64,000 nucleotides of DNA, taken from NCBI GenBank assembly GCA_022822625.1, contig JAJEAV010000005.1, positions 9,965 through 73,964 of the forward strand. Reading direction: 5' to 3'. Source of the stretch: Gammaproteobacteria bacterium (GTDB lineage Bacteria > Pseudomonadota > Gammaproteobacteria > Arenicellales > Poriferihabitantaceae). The notes beneath the pieces were generated by a model, which was not told the DNA's origin, did no database searches, and worked only from the letters and a program-made list of their open reading frames with translations. The translations under genes were made by a program, and so were the position numbers. This document shows, one piece after another, positions 9,584-16,874 of this stretch. The stretch's first letter is position 1. Each line of letters opens with the position of its first letter.

Positions 9584-10450
9584 ATGACCAACGAACCACT
9601 TCACTTCACCCTCTGGGATGTCAGACGCGGAATATCCATCTGGATAAGAACTCCCAATGGACAAGACCATTGGATTGATCTTGGCCGCATACCAGAATTC
9701 TCTCCCAGCAAATACGTCAGAAAAAATCATTCGATAGGTTCAATAGAATTGTTGATCATCAGCAGGGCAGGCAAGACACATCTCGAAGACTTGCCGTCAT
9801 TCAAAGATCATTTCTCTTATCCATCTGTCCTTTATCGAAACCCGACAATCCCTGAAGCAGAGATATTTGGAGGCATGACACACAAATATCAGAAGCAATA
9901 TGCTGAATTGCACAGAAGATTTAACTGGCCGGGAGGCGATGATAATCCAGAAAGACCGTCAAACAATGGCGGGATAAGATACGCAATAAACTGTCTTGAT
10001 CATGGTTCCGTAGTCAGCAACCCCGCGCTTCCCGAATCTGCCGTGATTGAAAACAACAATACTTCCATAGTTGTGATGTTGCTGTATGCGGGCGTGCTGT
10101 TTGTCTGCCCGGGAGATATTGAGCCGCTTGGATGGCGCGAGCAATGGCATCACTACTCGAAAGAATATAAATACCTCATAAATCATTCACATGCGAGATT
10201 TCTGGTTGCTCCACAGCGCGGACACAAGGATGCCTACTGTGAGGAAATGATGGAGGCAATCCAGCCCCATGCCACCTTCATCAATGATGTCTGGGGAGAG
10301 TCCGAAATTCACCCGTCCTATAAAAGCGATCCGATAGGAATTCTCTATCGGGAGTCAGGGATGAAGAAGTATTTCTCGACCCGGCGAGCCGGGTCGGTCC
10401 GAGTCGCTGTCTACCCGAGTGGAGAGCACTGTATTCTTCAACGTAGCTGA
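9584..10450 (+). CDS. ComEC/Rec2-type metallo-beta-lactamase-fold-like protein with substituted metal ligands
   Basis: FTLWDVRRGISIWIRTPNGQDHWIDLG resembles FLDVGQGDxxLIxTPxGKxxLIDxG. NNTSIVVMLLYAGVLFVCPGDIE resembles NxxSLVLxxxYGxxxFLLxGDxE. LVAPQRGHKD sits in place of LKVxHHGSK. The HxHxDH position reads SRAGKTH. RBS aagga lies 8 nt before ATG 9584. Confidence 0.5.
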   Translation: MTNEPLHFTLWDVRRGISIWIRTPNGQDHWIDLGRIPEFSPSKYVRKNHSIGSIELLIISRAGKTHLEDLPSFKDHFSYPSVLYRNPTIPEAEIFGGMTHKYQKQYAELHRRFNWPGGDDNPERPSNNGGIRYAINCLDHGSVVSNPALPESAVIENNNTSIVVMLLYAGVLFVCPGDIEPLGWREQWHHYSKEYKYLINHSHARFLVAPQRGHKDAYCEEMMEAIQPHATFINDVWGESEIHPSYKSDPIGILYRESGMKKYFSTRRAGSVRVAVYPSGEHCILQRS

Positions 10451-10603
10451 CAAATGGGCAGGAGCAGGAATCTTGACTTGAAACCATGCCCTTGCCAAGG
10501 AGTATGCAATTGATAACAGATGCAAGTTGAGCAGAAGGAATGAAGAGTGTTATGAGAATGCTTCATGCTACCGACATTATGTTCATATGTTAGAGGATGA
10601 CCG

Positions 10604-10939
10604 GTGGAATATATTTATATTGCTTCCTGGACTTTCATGCTCATAGGGATTTACTACTTGTGGTCAGTAGACCGGAGGGGGAAGTTGAAGCATGAATCAT
10701 CGGAAGATATTGTTGGCTCTGGTCTTGCTGAAGACATTATTGACAGTTATATAGAGCCAGCGATGTTTGGCATCAGTCCTGCTGATCGCTTGTCCATTCG
10801 CAAGGATTTGCTTGCGCGTTTTAGCCAGAAATCTGGCGCCAAGATCGGTGAGCACAGATTCAATGGAAACATGCTGCACCACTGGATGAAATACAACGCT
10901 GCACGACTGATTGTTGAACACAGGAACGACATGCAGTGA
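10604..10939 (+). CDS. Hypothetical single-pass membrane protein
   Basis: GTG start preceded by gagga. N-terminal hydrophobic helix IYIASWTFMLIGIYYLW followed by an ~85-aa soluble tail. I recognise no family. Confidence 0.4.
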   Translation: MEYIYIASWTFMLIGIYYLWSVDRRGKLKHESSEDIVGSGLAEDIIDSYIEPAMFGISPADRLSIRKDLLARFSQKSGAKIGEHRFNGNMLHHWMKYNAARLIVEHRNDMQ

Positions 10940-11095
10940 GGATGTTCGCATTATCAGGACAAAGTCGGGCATTCTGGTGCCATCAAGAAGACTTTTACCT
11001 TGAATCGAATTATTTGACAACGAGATGAAGCAACAAGAAATGTATCCAAATTCAGAAGATCATATTTTACTCACACTATTTTTGGAGAATAGGCA

Positions 11096-11515
11096 ATGAA
11101 AAGAGTCTTATTAATTGCAATAGCTGTATCTGTGTTGACCGGATGTTTCGATGATGCAAAATTGGCATCACGAAATTTAAGCAAGGCTGCCGACAATTTT
11201 GAAGTCATGCGCCGGGTAGTATTCATGAATGGAATAACTGATGCCTACATGCTGGAGATAGTTGGTTTGTGTTCAATTACAGACCAGGAGCATCAACTCG
11301 AAGTTACTTGTAAAAACGGTGATCAGTACGTTAAGCATTTTCTGGGTCTAAGTGACAATGTGACCTATTTCACCGAGCAGCTGACCGCGATAAACGTTTC
11401 GGCAAGTCATTATCGAGTTACTTTCAAGCCGCAGGCGATTATTCCTGATTTTGATCTACGAGGTAGTTTTGAGGAGTTGATCACGAATAGTTCAGAAATC
11501 AATAGTCAAGGGTAG
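11096..11515 (+). CDS. Lipoprotein (phage/plasmid-type small beta-rich lipoprotein)
   Basis: Signal peptide with lipobox MKRVLLIAIAVSVLTG|C, and RBS ggaga. From memory, ASRNLSKAADNFEVMRRVVFMNGITD...LGLSDNVTYF...YRVTFKP resembles lipoproteins seen on plasmids and prophages. Confidence 0.6.
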   Translation: MKRVLLIAIAVSVLTGCFDDAKLASRNLSKAADNFEVMRRVVFMNGITDAYMLEIVGLCSITDQEHQLEVTCKNGDQYVKHFLGLSDNVTYFTEQLTAINVSASHYRVTFKPQAIIPDFDLRGSFEELITNSSEINSQG

Positions 11516-11577
11516 TGAAGGCCGTGACGGATTTAATTGGGCCACATCGCATAGATGAGTCATGTTTTTAACAACCC

Positions 11578-11814
11578 ATGGCAAGACCGGAACTGGTCAA
11601 ATCTCTCTATAAACTCCTTGGCATTGATCAAAGTCTGCCATTATTTCAGGAATCAGAGATATATCTAATTCTCAAAAATGTCACTTATAGAGTAGATAGG
11701 CTGAAGACTGAATCAACATTGCTGATACCGCTTTGTGAAAGCGGTGAGTTGATGATTGTCGGGGCGGAATACGATCTCAAATCCGGCGAGGTGGATTTCT
11801 CTTTGGAGAGTTGA
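11578..11814 (+). pseudogene. Possible C-terminal remnant of a beta-carbonic anhydrase
   Basis: NVTYRVDRLKTESTLLIPLCESGELMIVGAEYDLKSGEVDF resembles the beta-CA C-terminus (NVxxQVxxLxxSPxL...GxLxIxGAxYDLxTGxV). The zinc-binding N-terminal two thirds are absent. Confidence 0.3.
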
Positions 11815-12096
11815 TTAGTGATGGGCATAGTTGGTTACAATACCATTAGAAGCAACGATGATTTCTCAATCTGGTTTTGTGTAAATAATGGGACCTTGGC
11901 ATGATATCTATTGATTTATTGCCATTCTCCAATACTTGGTTTGATTATGGCCGTTTGTAGCTTTGGAGATTCACAGTGCTCTGCTGGCGATGCAAGGCAT
12001 GCTTGGTATTCAGAAATACAATATTCCTCAAAAAAATAATAGGGTTAGTTTTTTGACTCGGCAAACGACAATAATATACAAAACGAGGTCAAGTTT

Positions 12097-12737
12097 ATGA
12101 GTAAGGCGAGAGGAGTAAGGCGAGAGACGATCTTGAGAATTCTTTAAAAGGCAAGACTTTTGGAACAGTTTTAGCAGATCCGCCTTGGCGGTTTACCAAC
12201 AGGACCGGGAAGGTTGCTCCTGAGCATCATCGTCTTTCTCGGTATGGAACATTGTCCTTCGAGGAAATAAAGGATCTACCTGTTATCGACTTGATGGAAG
12301 ATGTAGCACACTGTTATCTATGGGTTCCGAATGCACTGCTGCCATATGGCTTGAATACGCTTGCCGCATGGGGGTTTCAATACAAGACCAACTTGATTTG
12401 GCATAAAGTCAGAAAGGACGGCGGATCAGACGGGCGAGGGGTTGGTTTTTACTTTCGCAACGTCACAGAAGTGGTGTTGTTTGGAGTTAAAGGGAAAAAC
12501 GCCCGGACTCTACCTCCAGGGCGAAGCCAGGTTAATTTGATTGCTGCCCGAAAGCGTGAGCATTCTCGTAAACCTGATGAGCAATATGACCTGATTGAGA
12601 GATGTAGCTGGGGCCCGTACCTCGAATTATTTGGTCGAGGCACGCGAGAGGGGTGGACAGTCTGGGGTAATGAAGCAGTCAAATATCAACCCGACTGGCC
12701 AACCTACCCATACAACTCTGCTGTTGCAGCTCAATGA
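12097..12737 (+). pseudogene. MT-A70-family DNA methyltransferase (DPPW), frameshifted by a 14-bp tandem duplication
   Basis: FGTVLADPPWRF (DPPW at 12177-12188) and downstream HCYLWVPNALL...EHSRKPDE. ATG 12097 runs into TAA 12145-12147. Removing one 14-nt copy restores a 208-aa ORF. Confidence 0.8.
12099..12126. repeat. Perfect 14-bp tandem duplication (gagtaaggcgagag x2)
   Basis: 12099-12112 equals 12113-12126, checked base by base. Confidence 0.95.
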
Positions 12738-13482
12738 AAACCATTGCGGATCTAAAGGATGTAGGATTTGACATTCATGCCGTCAATCACGCTATGGCGG
12801 TTCTAACGAAGGACTTCCCTGACCCTTTGGGAGAATTATGCTCAGCCCTTCTTGATATCCATATTCCAGATGTAGAGTTGGTCAAGTCAGGAGGTGGTGA
12901 ATCGCCGGTTACACAAAGACTGCGCAGGGAATTAACAGAATTGAACTGGCTAAAGCGAAGGGTCGTAATCAGAAAAACAGTTGACAATGTCGAGAGACAT
13001 TCAATCACACATGAGATTGATCACATGAGATTGATCACATGAGGGTGACTGAAAAAGGAGTAGTTGCATTAGAGATCGAGTGGAACAACAAAGATCCGTT
13101 TTTTAATCGTGATCTTGATAATTTCCAGCGACTGCATAGCGAGGGGGCAATTAGCGTTGGTGTCATTGTTACCCGTGGTAGTTCTCTTCAGGAAAACCTA
13201 ATCCAAATCATAAGTGCATGCGTTATGAGGCATAAAGTTGCAGAGTTCGGGGATTTGGAAATGCATTACGATTGGGTGCCGACTCCAAGACAACGTAACA
13301 ACATGAGGGATAAAAAGGGAGACTTTGGCCAGGAGTGGGTCAAGCAGTTCGTTAAAGACAAATTTGGACAATCGACCACACACTGGAAAAAATTGCAGGA
13401 TAGGATAAAGCGCGGAGTTGGCAACCCATGTCCATTACTTTTGGTCGGTATACCAGACACAGTTATTTATCAAGGGAAATAA
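12734..13482 (+). pseudogene. Type II restriction endonuclease (BamHI/BglII-like PD-(D/E)xK), split by a 14-bp tandem duplication
   Basis: HEID...VALEIEWNNKDPFFNRDLDNFQRL...GAISVGVIVTR parallels BamHI ID...VGMEFETGNISSAHRSMNKL...GEIDLAIILMP. The track shows two ORFs (12734-13042 and 13039-13482). Removing one repeat copy fuses them in frame (244 aa). ATGA overlap with the methylase stop. Confidence 0.65.
13008..13035. repeat. Perfect 14-bp tandem duplication (cacatgagattgat x2, plus a partial third copy cacatgag to 13043)
   Basis: 13008-13021 equals 13022-13035, checked base by base. Confidence 0.95.
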
Positions 13483-13601
13483 CTAACACAAAATAACGAG
13501 CGAGGCATAGCCAAAACGCTTTCCAAAAGTAGAAGTACCGCTAAACATATCGGGTCATTGACAATTGCATGTTCAGTACAGTAACTCGCTGGAAATTCGA
13601 T

Positions 13602-14378
13602 TTATTCGATAAACTCGAATAGCCATTCGGTTAATTTCCCGGGTTCTTCGGCGTGTAGCCAGTGTCCTGAATCTGGCATAGTCTGAATGCTTGAGTTTGG
13701 AAACTGTTCTGCGATGAGACTGTAGTGCTCAGGAAGAATATAGTTTGAATTGCCACCCCGAACAAAAAGAATCTCGGCATCAGAAACATTGCCTTTCGAA
13801 TATCCAAACAGTAGGCTTCGGTTATTGGCAATTGCTTCAAGGTTGATTCTCCAGGCAAACCCACTTTCGTCTCGTATCAGGTTTTGGAGCAGGAATTGCC
13901 TGATTGATTGATCTGGAATGTCCAGTGTCAACATTCGGTCTGCCTCGTTTCTTGAATGAATATTCTCAAGGTCAAGTTTTCCCAAGGCACTAATAAGTTC
14001 ATCATGATCATGGGAGTAGTCAACCGGTGCGATATCAACAATCACGCATTTGTCCACTTCAGGTTGATGATGTTGCAGGTAAGCCATCACGACCTTGCCT
14101 CCCATACTGTGTCCAATCAAAAGGGGTTTTGCTAGGTGGCTGTTATGGATGAATGCTGCGAGATCTTCGGCCATATCCGGATAGCTCATCGAGTCTCTCC
14201 ATTCTGATTTCCCATGATTGCGAAGATCAACGCAAAAAACAGAAAATCGAGCAGCGAGTTTTGAGGCGATTGTTCGCCAGTTGCTGGATGAGCCAAACAG
14301 TCCATGCAGGATAACCACCGATGGATTTGATGGCTCTCCCATGTGGATTGAATTCAGATTGACGATCATCTGTTGCAA
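13602..14378 (-). CDS. Alpha/beta-hydrolase esterase (YbfF-like)
   Basis: VILHGLFGSSSNWR, nucleophile elbow GHSMGG, a C-terminal DSGHWLH motif; 258 aa. Confidence 0.8.
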   Translation of the reverse strand: MQQMIVNLNSIHMGEPSNPSVVILHGLFGSSSNWRTIASKLAARFSVFCVDLRNHGKSEWRDSMSYPDMAEDLAAFIHNSHLAKPLLIGHSMGGKVVMAYLQHHQPEVDKCVIVDIAPVDYSHDHDELISALGKLDLENIHSRNEADRMLTLDIPDQSIRQFLLQNLIRDESGFAWRINLEAIANNRSLLFGYSKGNVSDAEILFVRGGNSNYILPEHYSLIAEQFPNSSIQTMPDSGHWLHAEEPGKLTEWLFEFIE

Positions 14379-14391
14379 AAATATTATTGGC

Positions 14392-14429
14392 TTTCGAAAT
14401 AATATCGAAATTTCGAAATAATATCGAAA
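14392..14429. repeat. Perfect 19-bp tandem duplication (tttcgaaataatatcgaaa x2), intergenic
   Basis: 14392-14410 equals 14411-14429. It lies between the stop of the SRAP gene (14430) and the start of the esterase gene (14378). Confidence 0.95.
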
Positions 14430-15107
14430 TTAGCCGGTATTTGTACCTTGTTCAGGGTTGATCAAATGTGAACCCTGATTGGCCGGCCGGTTAACCTGTC
14501 TGCTAACCGGATAAGATTCAAATTCATCAGGATGTTGTAACATTGAAATGATGTGGAGCCAGTTCCTGCCTTTTTTGAGCCAGTCAAGGGCATGATCATG
14601 ATTTACTCTGACAGGCATGCGGGAGTGAATTTTGGCCAATTCCCCCATAGCTGAACGGGTAATGATGCTGCACGAATACAGCGGTTCGGTATTTTGTGGC
14701 CAGATGTCCCAGATTCCGGCAAGCATGATTGGTTCATCAGCTGCCAGATGAATGAAGTAAGGCTGTTTTCCTGAATCTTCATTTTTCCATTCGTAATATC
14801 CCCGGATAGGGACCAGGCAGGTTCTTGATTGTTTCCATGCTGTTCGGAAAGCAGGCTTCTCGGAAAGTGTTTCGATTCTTGCATTAAAGGTGGAGAATTT
14901 TGGGTTTATTTCCCTTGACCATGAAGGCACTAGTCCCCATCGCATTGACTGACCGGTTGGCCTGTTATTGTGGTGGTCATAGGTCAGTACTGGAATGTTG
15001 CCATTCGGAGCCATGTTGTAACTGGTTTCGCAGCCGAAAGGCCAGTCGACCAGCATTTCTTCCCAGGAACCGGGGTTGTCAATTTGATTTGCGAATCGGC
15101 CACACAT
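14430..15107 (-). CDS. SOS response-associated peptidase (SRAP/YedK family, abasic-site processing)
   Basis: N-terminal MCGRF catalytic Cys2 motif and 225 aa, which is typical of the SRAP family. Confidence 0.9.
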   Translation of the reverse strand: MCGRFANQIDNPGSWEEMLVDWPFGCETSYNMAPNGNIPVLTYDHHNNRPTGQSMRWGLVPSWSREINPKFSTFNARIETLSEKPAFRTAWKQSRTCLVPIRGYYEWKNEDSGKQPYFIHLAADEPIMLAGIWDIWPQNTEPLYSCSIITRSAMGELAKIHSRMPVRVNHDHALDWLKKGRNWLHIISMLQHPDEFESYPVSRQVNRPANQGSHLINPEQGTNTG

Positions 15108-15303
15108 GAAAATCGAAAAACAAGTTCATGTTGAAAACAATCGTGGCAAGTATAACCTCTCCAATCTAGCTCAATGAAAAGTCATTGCGAGGTGAAATTG
15201 CTGGCTACATTTTGTTGGTTGGGATATATGATTGTCAGATGACATTTTGGATACTCCATTTGTGGATTCTCATAATGGAATCCATTTCAAGTACAACTGA
15301 TTC

Positions 15304-15981
15304 ATGATTGATATTTTACATTTGCACAAGCATTTGCAATATAAGTTTAAGGAACCAGCCCTTTTGCAAGTGGCCTTGACCAGACGTAGCTGGGGCGAAC
15401 CAAACAATGAACGCCTGGAGTATCTGGGCGATAGTGTTCTGGGATTATTCATTGCCGATCAACTTTACCATCGCTTCCCCAAGCTGGATGAAGGTCAGTT
15501 GTCGAAATTACGTACCACACTGGTTCAGAATGCGACTCTTGCCATAATCGGAAAAACACTAAAACTGGACGACTACATCATTTTGGGGCAATCAGACAGG
15601 AAAAATAATGCCTTTCAAATTGATTCCGTTCTGGCAGATACATTTGAGGCAGTAATCGGAGCAATCTATCTGGATGGAGGTTTTGATGCAGCGTTTGGGG
15701 TATTGAACAATATTTATGCCAAAAAACTGGACGAGGTCTCCCCAGAACTGGAAAATAGCCCCAAGTCGCAGCTTCAGGAATTTCTGCAAAAGAGAGCATT
15801 GCCACTCCCCGAATATATTTTGGAAGGCACATCTGGTCAGGACCACAACCCAACATTCACAGTAACCTGCAAACTTGAAAATCCAAAAATCAAGTCCACC
15901 GTATCCGACAAGACCCGCAAGCTTGCGGAGAAAGCGGCGGCTGAGAAAGTGTTGCTTCGACTGATTTCTACTGATGTCTGA
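15304..15981 (+). CDS. rnc: Ribonuclease III
   Basis: NERLEYLGDSVLG signature and a C-terminal dsRBD. Sits in the rnc-era-recO order. Confidence 0.95.
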   Translation: MIDILHLHKHLQYKFKEPALLQVALTRRSWGEPNNERLEYLGDSVLGLFIADQLYHRFPKLDEGQLSKLRTTLVQNATLAIIGKTLKLDDYIILGQSDRKNNAFQIDSVLADTFEAVIGAIYLDGGFDAAFGVLNNIYAKKLDEVSPELENSPKSQLQEFLQKRALPLPEYILEGTSGQDHNPTFTVTCKLENPKIKSTVSDKTRKLAEKAAAEKVLLRLISTDV

Positions 15982-16870
15982 ACACAGGTTTGGATATATT
16001 GCCCTAGCCGGGATTCCGAATGTTGGCAAGTCCACGCTTCTGAATTCCGTGATGCAACAGAAAATCTCGATAATTTCCAGGCGACCGCAAACTACGCGAC
16101 ACCGAATACTCGGAATTTTATCGGGGGACAATTATCAAATTGCCTTTGTAGATATTCCAGGCATTGAACCCAGCCCCAAAGGAGGTCTTGACCGCGTCAT
16201 TCGAAAAACCGCAATGAACAGCTTATCGGATGTCGACCTGATTTTGTTCATGATTGACCACAAAGGGTGGCAAAAGGGATCACGTAAAGCCTTGCAAGAT
16301 GTTTGCAGTGCCAATAAACCAGTACTGCTGGTCATCAATAAAATCGATAAACTTGAAAACAAGGCGCAACTTCTTCCCCTGATCGACGAATCAAGCAGGA
16401 TTCACGATTTTATGGAAATTATTCCAGTTCAAGCAATCAATCTTCCTCACCCCGATAATTTCTGCATCAAGCTAGTGTCGCACTTGCCAGCTGGTGCGCC
16501 AGGATTTCCTGATGAAATGACAACAGACCGGACCAGGGGATTCCAGGCATCAGAACTTGTTCGAGAACAGACCTATTTGCTGCTCGGTCAGGAGTTGCCA
16601 TATTCAATCAGTGTCGAGACCACGCGCCTTGAAGCGAATGAAAAAAACATCCTTAATATTGATGCGACAATCTGGGTTGAGAAAGCCTCTCAAAAATCGA
16701 TTGTGATTGGCAGCAAAGGCAATATGCTCAAGAGAATCGGTACTGGTGCCCGTCTTCAGATAGAAAAGTCGTTTTCGCAAAAGGTCTACCTTTCACTCTG
16801 GGTAAAGGTCAAAAAAAGCTGGTCAGACCGAGATCTGCAACTTATGCAGTTTGGGTATACGGAAGATTGA
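15974..16870 (+). CDS. era: GTPase Era
   Basis: G1 motif GIPNVGKST, DIPG, NKID, and a C-terminal KH domain. Confidence 0.95.
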   Translation: MSEHRFGYIALAGIPNVGKSTLLNSVMQQKISIISRRPQTTRHRILGILSGDNYQIAFVDIPGIEPSPKGGLDRVIRKTAMNSLSDVDLILFMIDHKGWQKGSRKALQDVCSANKPVLLVINKIDKLENKAQLLPLIDESSRIHDFMEIIPVQAINLPHPDNFCIKLVSHLPAGAPGFPDEMTTDRTRGFQASELVREQTYLLLGQELPYSISVETTRLEANEKNILNIDATIWVEKASQKSIVIGSKGNMLKRIGTGARLQIEKSFSQKVYLSLWVKVKKSWSDRDLQLMQFGYTED

Positions 16871-16874
16871 CGGA

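Noticed and set aside
9324-9730. Minus-strand ORFs (91 and 72 aa) across the junction of the two MBL-like genes
   Set aside because: They are antisense to ORFs that show mutual paralogy and have their own RBSs, and they have no motifs.
12099-14431. Possibility that the short perfect repeats (14, 14 and 19 bp) are a CRISPR array or other multi-copy SSR
   Set aside because: Each is only a two-copy head-to-tail duplication with no spacers, the units are unrelated to each other, and no cas genes are present.
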